This document shows, in pieces, positions 7,884 to 17,774 of a stretch of DNA of 64,000 nt. Within the stretch, counting starts at the first letter, position 1. The number at the start of each line of letters is the position of its first letter. This stretch comes from a virus. Its lineage: Duplodnaviria > Caudoviricetes. The position numbers and the translations under genes are program-made. The DNA is taken from positions 9,633 through 73,632 of the IMG/VR virus record IMGVR_UViG_2767802067_000003; one strand, 5' to 3'. A model generated the notes under the pieces. The model had not been told where the DNA came from. It did no database searches and saw only the letters and a list, made by a program, of their open reading frames with translations.

Positions 7884-8387
7884 ATGCCTGAGCCTACTCA
7901 ACGACGTCTGCGGATTCGCCCGCTGAGCTTCGCAGCGGCGTGCGCGTTCGTCACCGAGCACCACCGCCACCATGCCCCGCCACAGGGCCACAAGTTCTCT
8001 CTCGCCGTCGTCGCCGAACCGGACGACCAGGTCGTCGGCGTTGCCATTGTCGGTCGACCGGTGGCCCGTCCGTTTGACGACGGCTTGACCCTGGAGGTCA
8101 CCCGCGTAGCCACTGACGGCACGGCGAACGCCTGCTCTGCGCTGTACGGCGCGGCTTGGCGGACCGCCCGGGCGGCGGGCTACCAGCGGCTGGTGACCTA
8201 CACCCAGGAAGAGGAGAGCGGAGCGAGCCTGCGCGCGGCCGGCTGGCGGCTGGTCGCACGCCGACGTCCGCGCCCGGGCTGGAACGTACCCAGCCGACCG
8301 CGCCGCCTACAGGGCACCGAGAACACGGGCCGACTGCTGTGGGAGAACACCACCCAACACGCTCCGCCCCTGCCCCAGGCCGACTGA
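7884..8387 (+). CDS. XF1762-family (Mom-like GNAT) protein
   Basis: FVTEHHRHH...GVAIVGRPVAR..DDG.TLEVTR.ATDG..NACSALY.AAWR...GY.RLVTYT...ESGASLRAAGW. Confidence 0.85.
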   Translation: MPEPTQRRLRIRPLSFAAACAFVTEHHRHHAPPQGHKFSLAVVAEPDDQVVGVAIVGRPVARPFDDGLTLEVTRVATDGTANACSALYGAAWRTARAAGYQRLVTYTQEEESGASLRAAGWRLVARRRPRPGWNVPSRPRRLQGTENTGRLLWENTTQHAPPLPQAD

Positions 8388-8424
8388 CGCACCGTCGCCC
8401 GCACGTGGAAGGGGTGATGACGCG

Positions 8425-10002
8425 GTGGTCGACTTCGCCAATGCGCTGGCACTGGCCGCATCTCGCCTGGAAGGCCTGTCACAGGCGACGGATCGCTTCC
8501 CGACCCCCCACGACCTCGCGAAGGCGCTCGACCCGCGGGTAGTCACCACGCCCGCGCTGGCACTGCTCGACCGCCACCTCATGGACGTCGCGGCCGGAAA
8601 GACCCGGCGCCTGATCTGGACGATGCCCCCGCAGGAAGGCAAGTCGCAGCGCGTCAGCCGTACCTTCCCCGCCTGGCTTCTCGCCCGCAACCCCGACCTG
8701 CGGATCGCGATCGCCAGCTACGAGTTTGGCACCGCCCGCCGGTGGGGCCGCGCCATCCGCAACGACATCTCTGCCAACACAGACCTGTTCGGGCTGCGAG
8801 TGCGCCATGACACCGGTGCAGCCCACGAATGGCAGCTCGAGAACCATGACGGCGGCGTCTACTCCGTCGGCATCGCCGGCGCCCTGACCGGCCGCCCAGT
8901 CGACGTGCTGATCATCGACGACCCGATCAAGGGCCGCGCTGAGGCGGAGTCGCTGGTGCAGCGGGAGAAGGTCTGGGACTTCTGGGTCGACACCGCACGC
9001 ACGCGTTTCGGTCCCAATACCGCCGTCATCGTCGTCTTGACCCGCTGGCACGAAGATGACCTCGCCGGCCGGCTCTTGGAGGCAGACAAGGCGGTCGGGG
9101 AGTGGACCTACGTCAACATCCCGGCGCAGGCCGAGACCGCTGACGACCCGCTCGGCCGCGAGCCCGGCGAGTACCTGGTCTCCGCCCGCGGCCGCGGCGT
9201 CGCTGACTGGGAGTCCACTAAGCGGGACGTCGGCGCCCGTACCTGGACCTCGCTCTACCAGGGCCGCCCCGCGCCGGCCGAAGGCGGGCTGTTCCGCCGC
9301 GACCACTGGCGCTGGTACCAGGCCCCGAAGGCCGACCAGCGCGCCGATGGCTCGTACTGGATCCCGAACGCCACCGAGGTCATCCAGTCCTGGGACATGA
9401 CGTTCAAGGACAGCAAGAGCGGTGACTTCGTCGTCGGACAGGTCTGGGCGAAGATCAACGGCCAGGTCTACCTCATGGACCAGGTCTGCGACCGCCTCGA
9501 CTTCCCCGCCACCTGCCGCGCCGTCACCGCTCTTTCCAAGCGCTGGCCGCAGGCCCACGCGAAGTTGGTCGAAGACCGGGCGAACGGGCCTGCTGTCATC
9601 TCACAACTGCGCTCCACCGTGCCCGGGCTGATACCGGTCACCCCGAAGGAGTCCAAGTTCGCGCGCGCCTCCTCCGTCGCGCCGTTCGTGGAGAGCGGCG
9701 TCGTCTGGCTTCCGGCGCCCGAGATCGCCCCTTGGATCGGCTCCTTCCTCGAAGAGACCGCCGGCTTCCCGAACGCCTCGCACGACGACCAGGTCGACGC
9801 GATGACGCAGGCCCTGCACCGGCTCCTCGCCGGATCGAACAGCGCCGACCGCGCCATGGGCTGGCTCGACTCCTACACCTCGATCCCCCGACCCGCACCG
9901 GGAACCCCCCTGGACTACCTCGATGGGAGGGCACCGCATGGCCCGATGGCCCTTCCCCCGCAAGAAGACCCCGACCCCGACGCCCCAGATGACGGGCAGT
10001 GA
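8425..10002 (+). CDS. terL: Terminase large subunit
   Basis: MPPQEGKS Walker A, LIIDDPIK Walker B, QSWDMTFK and HDDQVDA nuclease motifs. Confidence 0.95.
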   Translation: MVDFANALALAASRLEGLSQATDRFPTPHDLAKALDPRVVTTPALALLDRHLMDVAAGKTRRLIWTMPPQEGKSQRVSRTFPAWLLARNPDLRIAIASYEFGTARRWGRAIRNDISANTDLFGLRVRHDTGAAHEWQLENHDGGVYSVGIAGALTGRPVDVLIIDDPIKGRAEAESLVQREKVWDFWVDTARTRFGPNTAVIVVLTRWHEDDLAGRLLEADKAVGEWTYVNIPAQAETADDPLGREPGEYLVSARGRGVADWESTKRDVGARTWTSLYQGRPAPAEGGLFRRDHWRWYQAPKADQRADGSYWIPNATEVIQSWDMTFKDSKSGDFVVGQVWAKINGQVYLMDQVCDRLDFPATCRAVTALSKRWPQAHAKLVEDRANGPAVISQLRSTVPGLIPVTPKESKFARASSVAPFVESGVVWLPAPEIAPWIGSFLEETAGFPNASHDDQVDAMTQALHRLLAGSNSADRAMGWLDSYTSIPRPAPGTPLDYLDGRAPHGPMALPPQEDPDPDAPDDGQ

Positions 10003-12583
10003 CGCCTCCAGCCTGGAGAAGTCCACGCAGGCAGCGGCCGTCCACACCTTCTCCTCGGAGCAGGTCGCAGCGCTGCTCGCCTCCACCCAGCTCGGCGCCG
10101 GCACCACGGGGTCGTTCAGCCCTCTGCCGCGCATCGAGCCCATGGTCGCGTTCGGCCCCGGCATGCCGCTGCTGCCGACCGCGTTCGACCCGGTCAACCC
10201 GGAGACCGGCCGCACTCCGCCGCGCTTCTCCGAGTACCCGGTCAGCGTCAACCTTCCCGGCATCACTGACCGCCTGGTGCCGTGGAAGGTACTGCGCGAC
10301 TCCGCCGAGGTCGGCTTGCCCCGCCGCTGCATCGAGATCCGCAAGTCACACGTGGTCTCCCTGGAGTGGGCGATCGTCATCTCCAAGGACGCGATCGCCC
10401 AAGCCCAGGCTGCGAACCCGTCTGCCCCCCGCGCAGAGATCGAAGCCGATCTGCGGCGCAGTCTCGGATCCGAGATCGCGCGGTGCACCGCGTTCTGGTC
10501 CAGGCCGGACCCTGGCCAGGACGAAGAGTGGCCCGAATGGATCAGCAAGCTGCTGGAGGAGCAGCTGGTCCTCGACGCGATAGCGATCTACCCGCGCCGC
10601 ACCCGCGGCGGGGGCCTGTACGCCCTGGAGATCGTGGACGGCTCCACGATCAAGGTCCTGCGGGACCACCGCGGCGGCAAGCCGCTGCCGCCGAACCCGG
10701 CCTACCAGCAGCTCCTGTGGGGATTCCCCCGGGGCGAGTACACCGCGGACACCGACGACGACCAGAACATCCTGAACCCGTACGACGACGACACGCTGAT
10801 CTACAAGCGGCGCAACGTCCGCTCGTTCACCCCGTACGGGTTCTCCGCTGTCGAGCAGTGCCTCACCGACCTCGACGTGTGGCTGCAGCGCCGCAACTGG
10901 ATCCGTTCGGAGTACACCGACGGCACCGTCCCCACCGGATTCCTCAAGATGTCCTCGGACGCCGTCGGCTGGACGCCGGCCCAGGTCCGCGAGTACGAGA
11001 CCGCGATCAACGACATGTGGTCCGGCCAGCACGCCGACCGGCACCGCATGCGAATGTTGCCACCCGGCATCGACCTCGCCACCAACAGCGACGTCGCCGA
11101 GCGGTACAAGCCCGAGTACGACCTGTTCCTCATCCGGCTACTCAGCTCGCACTTCGGCGTCACGCTGCCCGAGCTGAACTTCAGCGAGCCCGGTGGCCTC
11201 GGCAGCACTGGCTATCACGAGGGCCAGGCCGATGTGCAGGAACGTTCCTCCACGATGCCTGACTACCGCTGGCTGCAGAAGCTGATCACCAGCATCTCCC
11301 ACCGGCACCTGCACATGGCGCCGCAGCTGGAGTTCAAGATTCTCGGCCTGGAGGACGAGGACGACGCTGCGGCTGACGCCGTCGCACAGGAACGCGTGCA
11401 GTGGGGCCGCACCACCCTCAACGAGGACCGGGACCTGCGTGGCCTACCGCGCTACCCCTTTCCTGAGGCGGACATGCCAATGCTCATGACGCAGCGCGGC
11501 GTCGTGTTCCTCGAAGGCGCCGCCCGGCTGGCACCGTCAGGGGAGACCGTGGGCCCTGTCCAGGCCCCGCCCGCCACCGACGAAGACGGCGACGGCATCA
11601 TCGACCGGTTCGAGGATCCGGACGCGCTTGCTGGAGACGAGGACGACGGCGCCCGCGACCAGGCGGTGAAGACCGAACTGGCCGCCTACCGGCGGTGGGC
11701 CCGACGCAACCCGCGCCCCAGCCGACCGTTCACCTTCAACACCGTCACCAAGGCCGACGCCCCCGCGCTACAAGGCGCACCAGTCGTGTTCGCCGCCGGC
11801 GGTGGTCCGGACCCAAAAGCCGGTAGCCCGGCCGTCTGGCCGGGCTGGGGCCGCGACACCGCCACCGCCGCCGCGTGGGCACCGCGTATCACGCAGGCCT
11901 TGGCCGGTGCGCTCGACTGGAATGCCCTTGCAGCAGCCTGGATCACCCACATCCACCTGGCCAAGGCCGACGACTGGGACCTGGCCCAGGCCAGCGCCTG
12001 GCTCACCGGCCAGGGGATCGACCTGAACCCGGTCATCACCGACCTCGTCCTCGGCCTGCGCACCGAGGGCTGGGCGATCGGCAGCACCGCGGCCACCGCC
12101 GCCGTCGCCGGTGAGAGCACAGCCACCTTCAACTGGACGCCTGGTGATGAGGCCGCGGCCACCCACACCCTGACCGCGACCAACCGACACGACCTGGCGG
12201 CCCATCAAGAGCAGGCCGTCAGCCAGGCCCGCGAGATCGCAACGAACCGGCTGCGCCGCCTCGCCCAAGCCCTGGCCGAGGCGAAGAACACGGGCCTCAC
12301 CGCCAGCCAGCTCGCCGACGAGCTGCGCGCAGCGATCGCCGACGCCCCGTGGGCCCGCATGCTCGCTCTCACCGAGCTGCTGCACGGCCAGTCCGCCGCC
12401 ACCACCAGCACCTACCAAGGTGCAGGCGTCAGCAGCGTCCAGTGGACCTGCGAAGACGAACCGTGCACCGCGTGCCTGGACAACGAGGACGCCGGCTCGC
12501 TCCAGCTCGGCCAGGCCTTCCCCTCCGGCGTCACGGCCCCGCCACAGCACCCCAGCTGCCGCTGCAGCCTTCTCCCCGCCTGA
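9938..12583 (+). CDS. Portal protein fused to Mu gpF-like minor head protein
   Basis: Portal N-terminal ~620 aa (IVDGSTIK, AYQQ, YGFSAVE); C-terminal WTCEDEPCTAC...PPQHPSCRC MuF motif; ATG 9938 after GGAGG. Confidence 0.9.
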   Translation: MARWPFPRKKTPTPTPQMTGSDASSLEKSTQAAAVHTFSSEQVAALLASTQLGAGTTGSFSPLPRIEPMVAFGPGMPLLPTAFDPVNPETGRTPPRFSEYPVSVNLPGITDRLVPWKVLRDSAEVGLPRRCIEIRKSHVVSLEWAIVISKDAIAQAQAANPSAPRAEIEADLRRSLGSEIARCTAFWSRPDPGQDEEWPEWISKLLEEQLVLDAIAIYPRRTRGGGLYALEIVDGSTIKVLRDHRGGKPLPPNPAYQQLLWGFPRGEYTADTDDDQNILNPYDDDTLIYKRRNVRSFTPYGFSAVEQCLTDLDVWLQRRNWIRSEYTDGTVPTGFLKMSSDAVGWTPAQVREYETAINDMWSGQHADRHRMRMLPPGIDLATNSDVAERYKPEYDLFLIRLLSSHFGVTLPELNFSEPGGLGSTGYHEGQADVQERSSTMPDYRWLQKLITSISHRHLHMAPQLEFKILGLEDEDDAAADAVAQERVQWGRTTLNEDRDLRGLPRYPFPEADMPMLMTQRGVVFLEGAARLAPSGETVGPVQAPPATDEDGDGIIDRFEDPDALAGDEDDGARDQAVKTELAAYRRWARRNPRPSRPFTFNTVTKADAPALQGAPVVFAAGGGPDPKAGSPAVWPGWGRDTATAAAWAPRITQALAGALDWNALAAAWITHIHLAKADDWDLAQASAWLTGQGIDLNPVITDLVLGLRTEGWAIGSTAATAAVAGESTATFNWTPGDEAAATHTLTATNRHDLAAHQEQAVSQAREIATNRLRRLAQALAEAKNTGLTASQLADELRAAIADAPWARMLALTELLHGQSAATTSTYQGAGVSSVQWTCEDEPCTACLDNEDAGSLQLGQAFPSGVTAPPQHPSCRCSLLPA
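11812..11846 (+). promoter_or_regulatory. Programmed -1 ribosomal frameshift signal
   Basis: In-phase C CCA AAA (11812-11818), 6-nt spacer, perfect stem AGCCCGGCC-gtct-GGCCGGGCT (11825-11846); -1 frame stops at TAG 11824-11826. Confidence 0.75.
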
Positions 12584-12633
12584 CGCGGGGCTACCCACCA
12601 CCGCCTCAGCCCCCAACCAGAAGGAGGGGACCC

Positions 12634-13917
12634 TTGAACGTTTCCTACGCCTGGTCGCCGATCACCAAGTCCGAGAAGCAGCCCGACGGCACACTCCTCG
12701 TCTACGGCCCGGCCGCCACCAGCGCCCTCGACCGCGACAATCAGCGCCTCGACCAGGACTGGCTCGACCGGGCCATGCCCGCGTGGATGTCCGAAGGCGG
12801 CAACGTCCGCGAGCAGCACGACAGCAAGCGCGCGGTCGGCGTCGGCGTCGGCCTGTCCAAGGGCATCGACGGCAAGCACCTGCTCACCGCGCACATCGTG
12901 GACCCCATCGCCGTGACCAAGGTCGAGAGCAAGGTGCTCAAGGGCTTCAGCGTCGGTATCAAGAACCCGCGAGTCGAGTTCGGGCACCCCGACGCCCCGA
13001 ACGGCCTGGTCACCGACGGAGAGATCATCGAGGTCTCCGTCGTGGACCGCCCGGCTAACCCCGAGTGCGGGATCCAGGTCGCCAAGGCCGACGACACCGG
13101 GTCGCTGGCGGCCGTTCCCGACGCCGCGCTGGTCGAGACCCCTACCACCCCGGCACCAGAGCCGACCGGCGCCCCCGAGCCGCAGCCTACGGCCAGCACC
13201 CGCACCGACCCGGCACCTGCCCCGGTCGCGGCCGCGCCCGACCCCGAGACGGTGCTGCGCGCCGCCGAGGTCATCGTCCAGGCCCGCGCCCTCATCAAGG
13301 CCGACACCGCCGCCCCGGCGGCCGCCGAGGGCGAGGACGAGACCAGCGACATCAACGGCGCCCAGCAGGCCATCGCCATCATCGCCGCGCTGATCATCAG
13401 CGAAGCCGAGTCCCTGGCCATGGGCAACCTCAACGAGGCCTGCGACATCGCCACCCTCCTCGACGCGGTGAGCGCCCTGAAGTGGTTCTCCCACCGCGAG
13501 GAGGCCGAGCAGACCGGCACCGCCATGGAGTTCGCCGACACCGCGGATCTCCACAAGAACGACACCGCCACCCCGGCGGCCCCCGAACCGCAGATCACGA
13601 AGGCTGACATCGCCGAGCTGGTGAAGTCCGCCGTGGCAGAGGCCACGACCGCATCCGAAGAGCGCATGAAGACGCTGGAAGCGGATCTGGTGAAGGCCAA
13701 CGGCGAGCTGGAGACCCTCAAGGCCCAGCCTCTGCCCGGCGGGCCCGCGCTGACGCGCACCGCCGCCCAGGAGGACAGCGCCCGCAGCGCCGACGCGCAG
13801 CGGCTCATCGCCGAGGCCAACCAGTACCTGGCCAAGGCCGACGCGGTCAGTGACCGCGACCTCAAGGACGGCTACCGGCAGAAGGCCAACGCGCTGCTGG
13901 ACCGCGCCAACGTCTGA
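12634..13917 (+). CDS. Capsid maturation protease with scaffold-like C-terminus
   Basis: LLVYG.A....DRD.Q...NVREQH...AVG...GFSVG...EVSVVDRPANP; TTG start after AGGAGG. Confidence 0.85.
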   Translation: MNVSYAWSPITKSEKQPDGTLLVYGPAATSALDRDNQRLDQDWLDRAMPAWMSEGGNVREQHDSKRAVGVGVGLSKGIDGKHLLTAHIVDPIAVTKVESKVLKGFSVGIKNPRVEFGHPDAPNGLVTDGEIIEVSVVDRPANPECGIQVAKADDTGSLAAVPDAALVETPTTPAPEPTGAPEPQPTASTRTDPAPAPVAAAPDPETVLRAAEVIVQARALIKADTAAPAAAEGEDETSDINGAQQAIAIIAALIISEAESLAMGNLNEACDIATLLDAVSALKWFSHREEAEQTGTAMEFADTADLHKNDTATPAAPEPQITKADIAELVKSAVAEATTASEERMKTLEADLVKANGELETLKAQPLPGGPALTRTAAQEDSARSADAQRLIAEANQYLAKADAVSDRDLKDGYRQKANALLDRANV

Positions 13918-13966
13918 CCCCACCCCTGACCTTCCCTTCCCTGCTGCCTCCCGATAGGAGTCAACT

Positions 13967-15691
13967 GTGGCTCTGCCCACCGCAGATGTACTGTTCGGCG
14001 AGTCGCCGGACGCCCCCCGCCTGGCCAAGACTGACCTGGCGGACCGCTTCGACAACCTGATGAAGGCCGTCGACGCGATGCCGACCCGGCACCTCGACCT
14101 CGCCGCCATGAACCAGGCCTTCAGCCAGGGCCGCGGCATCGACTTCACGCCGCAGCCGACCACCGTGCACGGCGCCCTGGTGAAGACCCTGGAGTCGCCG
14201 GAGATCGCCAAGTCGCTCTCCCCGGACCAGCTGAGCTCTCTCACCGCCGCACTGGGCCAGCTCAAGGCCCAGGCCCCGGACATGGTGAAGGACATCACCA
14301 ACACCACGCCGATCGCGTCCGGCCTGGTCGCTTTCGACCTGGAAAGCCCGGCCAAGATGCTGGCCCCGCGCCCGACCCCGCTGCGCAACCGCATCCCGCG
14401 CAAGAAGGGCGTCGGCCTGTCCCACCGCTTCAAGGTGATCAGCGGATACACCGGCACCGGCACCGGCGGCGTCTCCACCATCCACCCCGGTATCTCGGAC
14501 GCGACCCAGACGAACTTCGCGCCGCAGGGCTCCGGGAACCCGCTGTACTACGCGCGCGGCCCGAAGATCAGCTACGCGGGTTACGACGTCGTCGTGCCGT
14601 ACGCCCAGTTCTCGGTGTCGGACCAGGTCACCTGGTCCGCGCAGTACCAGGGCCAGGGATACCAGGACATCCGTCAGCTGTCCCGCACCAGCCTGCTCTA
14701 CGCCTCGATGCTCCTCGAGGAGCGCATGTTCCTGATGGGCCGTGGCACGGCGGCGAACAACTTCCTCGGCGCGGTCGCGGCCCCGGGCAACGTCACCGTC
14801 ACCGCCCGCGCGGCCGCCGCCGGTGAGACCCCGATCAGCGGCAGCGCCGGCAACGTGTACGTCAAGGTCACCAGCGACGCCGGTGACTTCGGCCAGTCCG
14901 TACTGTCCGGCATGGTGTCCGTCGCGGTCTCCGCCGGCCAGGTCGTGGACGTCACGTGCAACCTGCCCGCCGGAGCACTCGGCCAGCGCGTCTACGTCGC
15001 GACCGGCGCCTCGGCCGACCCGGGCGACGCCACCCGCTTCTACGCGGGCCGCTCCGGCTACAGCACCTTCACCATCCAGGGCGCTCTGCCGACCAGCGGC
15101 GCTGTCGCCGCCTCGGTCGTCGCGGACACCACCGCGTACACCAACGGGTACGACGGCATCCTGCCCATCTGCACCGGCCCGCAGTCCGGCTACACCCGGC
15201 AGCTCAACACCCCCCTGTCGACCTCGAACCCGGGTGGCGAGTTCCAGACCGCGTTCGCCGCGCTCTACCAGTCGGTGAAGGCCGACCCGGACCGGGTGCT
15301 GTTCAACGGCTCGGACCGCAAGCAGCTGTCCGACTCGCTGAAGTCCGCGTCCAGCAGCAACTACCGGCTGACGCTGACCCAGGACGAGGTGTCCGGCGTG
15401 ACCCTGGGCGACGTCGTGAACACCATCATCAACGAGGTCACCGGCAAGGGCGTCACCGTTGAGGTCCACCCGTGGATGCCGCAGGGCAACACCGCGATCC
15501 TCTCCGACACGCTGCCCATGCCCGACACCGACGTCTCCGACGTGTGGGCCGCCTGGAACGTCCAGGACCTGATGGGTGTGGACTGGCCGGTCACCCAGTT
15601 CGCCTACGAGTCCAGCTCGTACTGGCTCGGCACCATGGTCTGCTACGCGCCCGGCTGGAACGGCGCCATCACCGGCATCAAGGCCGCGTAA
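13967..15691 (+). CDS. Major capsid protein with inserted beta-sandwich domain
   Basis: Follows the protease; FDLESPAKML.PRPTPLRNRIPR motif; ~130 aa beta-rich insert. Confidence 0.85.
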   Translation: MALPTADVLFGESPDAPRLAKTDLADRFDNLMKAVDAMPTRHLDLAAMNQAFSQGRGIDFTPQPTTVHGALVKTLESPEIAKSLSPDQLSSLTAALGQLKAQAPDMVKDITNTTPIASGLVAFDLESPAKMLAPRPTPLRNRIPRKKGVGLSHRFKVISGYTGTGTGGVSTIHPGISDATQTNFAPQGSGNPLYYARGPKISYAGYDVVVPYAQFSVSDQVTWSAQYQGQGYQDIRQLSRTSLLYASMLLEERMFLMGRGTAANNFLGAVAAPGNVTVTARAAAAGETPISGSAGNVYVKVTSDAGDFGQSVLSGMVSVAVSAGQVVDVTCNLPAGALGQRVYVATGASADPGDATRFYAGRSGYSTFTIQGALPTSGAVAASVVADTTAYTNGYDGILPICTGPQSGYTRQLNTPLSTSNPGGEFQTAFAALYQSVKADPDRVLFNGSDRKQLSDSLKSASSSNYRLTLTQDEVSGVTLGDVVNTIINEVTGKGVTVEVHPWMPQGNTAILSDTLPMPDTDVSDVWAAWNVQDLMGVDWPVTQFAYESSSYWLGTMVCYAPGWNGAITGIKAA

Positions 15692-15768
15692 CCGACCCAT
15701 CCCCACCACTGGAAAGCCCGCGGCCCGCCTTGGACCGCGGGCCTTCCGCGTTCCCGGAAGGAGGGAGC

Positions 15769-16047
15769 ATGGCCCGGCTCTGCCTGCCTGACAGTGCCGT
15801 GCGCGGCGTCGACATCAAGGGCGCCCGCCTCGGTTTCACCACCAGCTACACCCCCGGCCGCGACGGCACCGTAACCGTCGACAACCCGGCCCATGAGAAG
15901 GCCCTGCGCCAGCTCGGCGCCTTCGCCGCCAACCTCGGCGGCGCCGTGCGGCACAGCAGCGGCTACCGCTGCGCCAACTGCGGCCATGGTTCGTACTTCG
16001 CCCGCTGCGGCAAGTGCGGCACGACTTGCAAGCGGGAGGACCAGTGA
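15769..16047 (+). CDS. Small Zn-ribbon protein
   Basis: CANCGHGSYFARCGKCG; GGAGG RBS. Confidence 0.7.
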   Translation: MARLCLPDSAVRGVDIKGARLGFTTSYTPGRDGTVTVDNPAHEKALRQLGAFAANLGGAVRHSSGYRCANCGHGSYFARCGKCGTTCKREDQ

Positions 16048-16298
16048 CCGACACCACCGAGCCGCTGGGCGCCGAGACCGCAGCTGCGCCCGATCAGCAG
16101 CCCCCGGCCGACACCAAGCCGGCACCCGCCCGAGCCAGCGCCCGCAAGGCCCCGAAGGGCGCCAGCACGCCGGTCGTGGACCTCGAAGTCGCCTTCAAGG
16201 CCGAGCCCGAGGCGCCCATCTGCGAGATCTGCATGCCCAGGGGCTGGCCCGACGGAGCGATGGCCGTGGGCTGCGAGCACGGCCACTGGACGCGCTGA
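16044..16298 (+). CDS. Small hypothetical protein with CxxC...CxH motif
   Basis: GTGA coupling; CEICMPRGW...GCEHGHW. Confidence 0.6.
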   Translation: MTDTTEPLGAETAAAPDQQPPADTKPAPARASARKAPKGASTPVVDLEVAFKAEPEAPICEICMPRGWPDGAMAVGCEHGHWTR

Positions 16299-16317
16299 CC
16301 CGGAGGGAGGAGGCCAC

Positions 16318-17199
16318 GTGCTCACTCTCCCGTACGTGACCCCGGCCGCGTTCCGCGCCCATCCGACGTTCCTGGACACCTACAACCTGCGCTCCGGGAA
16401 CTCCTCCCTGGCCGCGCAGGACGCCGAGCTGACGAACGTCCTGCTCATGTCGAGCCAGTGGGCTGACAACTACTGCCGTCAGCCGCTCGCAGTGCACCAG
16501 ACCACACAGCAGCACACCGCGCGCTACGACCGCGCCGGGAACCTGCGGATCCGCGCCGACCACACCCCGGTCCTGTCCGTCCAGAGCATCGCCTACGGCC
16601 ACAACCCCACCGCGCTGACCGTCGTCAACCAGCCCGCCTACTGGGACGACAGCGGGAACCTCGTGTTCCCACCCAACATCGGCCCATGGAGCGGCGCGCT
16701 CAGCTTCACCAGCCCCCAGCTGGGCGGAAGCGTCTTCGCACGCGTCACCTACCTCGCCGGGCACGTCGCCACCGTGCTGACCGCGCCGCAGAGCGCCGGC
16801 GACCAGAGCGTCAGCGTGCCGGATATCACCGGCCTGCAGCCCGGCCAGAGCTACCGGCTGTGGGAACCCGGCGCCGAGGAGACCATCACCGCCTCCTCCA
16901 CCTGGAGCCCGCCGGTCCCGACCGGTCAGCCGATGCCCGGCATCGTGCCGCTCGCGTCCCCTCTGCTGTTCGCACACACCGCCGGGATGGGCCTGTCCGG
17001 GCTGCCGGCCGACGTCCACCTGGCCGTCATCAACTACGCCACCGCGTCGCTGATGCGTCCGGACACCGCAGCCGAAGACGCCTTCCCCGACACGAGCCTG
17101 TCCGCCGGGATCCGGCAGCGAGACTCCCGCAGGGACGGATCCGGTCTGGTCGCCGAGGCCCAGCGCCTCCTCGCCCCCTACCGGCGGGTGGTGCCCTGA
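16318..17199 (+). CDS. Head-to-tail adaptor (putative)
   Basis: Synteny; N-terminal YVTPAAFR and C-terminal EAQRLLAPYRR typical of adaptors; internal insert. Confidence 0.65.
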   Translation: MLTLPYVTPAAFRAHPTFLDTYNLRSGNSSLAAQDAELTNVLLMSSQWADNYCRQPLAVHQTTQQHTARYDRAGNLRIRADHTPVLSVQSIAYGHNPTALTVVNQPAYWDDSGNLVFPPNIGPWSGALSFTSPQLGGSVFARVTYLAGHVATVLTAPQSAGDQSVSVPDITGLQPGQSYRLWEPGAEETITASSTWSPPVPTGQPMPGIVPLASPLLFAHTAGMGLSGLPADVHLAVINYATASLMRPDTAAEDAFPDTSLSAGIRQRDSRRDGSGLVAEAQRLLAPYRRVVP

Positions 17200-17729
17200 T
17201 GAGCATTCAGAGCGTCATCAACGGCATCGGCACCTTCCTGGGCGGACCCTACGATCCGGCGACCCGGACCTACCGCAGCTCACCAGTGCACGGCGTCGGC
17301 GTGGTGCGTCGCGCATTCGCGAAGGCCGACGACCACGCCGACTACTACCGCGGCATGCCGCCCGGCACCCGCACTGGCTGCCAGATCGTCATCACCATCC
17401 CCGACCAGTCCGAGTACCGCGAGACAGTCGGCCCAGAAGGCGTCGGCCTGATGCGGGTCCTGTACACGGTCGAGCTGAACGTCTTCATCCGCTCCGAGTG
17501 CGAGTACGCCGAGGACGCCCAGGACGACGTGTACGCCCTGCGCGACGCCCTCCTCGCCCGGCTGCGCTCCGACCACACCCTCGGTGGCTGCGTGTTCCAG
17601 GCCGGCGAAGCCGTCGCCGGAGGCAGCGCAGCGATCAGCGTCCGCTACGGCCAGCCCAGCTCCAAGGCACAGCTGACCAAGCAGTACATGCAGATCAAGT
17701 TCACGGCCGTAGAGCTAACCGCCGTCTGA
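17199..17729 (+). CDS. Tail terminator/completion protein (putative)
   Basis: TGATG coupling; LRDALLARLRSDHTLGG; position before the tail tube gene. Confidence 0.6.
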   Translation: MSIQSVINGIGTFLGGPYDPATRTYRSSPVHGVGVVRRAFAKADDHADYYRGMPPGTRTGCQIVITIPDQSEYRETVGPEGVGLMRVLYTVELNVFIRSECEYAEDAQDDVYALRDALLARLRSDHTLGGCVFQAGEAVAGGSAAISVRYGQPSSKAQLTKQYMQIKFTAVELTAV

Positions 17730-17774
17730 CCTGCGCCCTCACTTCTTCCCTTCTCCGTGCAGGAGCAGCCCCCC

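Noticed and set aside
9938-10002. 65-nt terL/portal overlap as a recoding signal
   Set aside because: The portal has its own GGAGG and ATG; the overlap is a low-complexity terL tail
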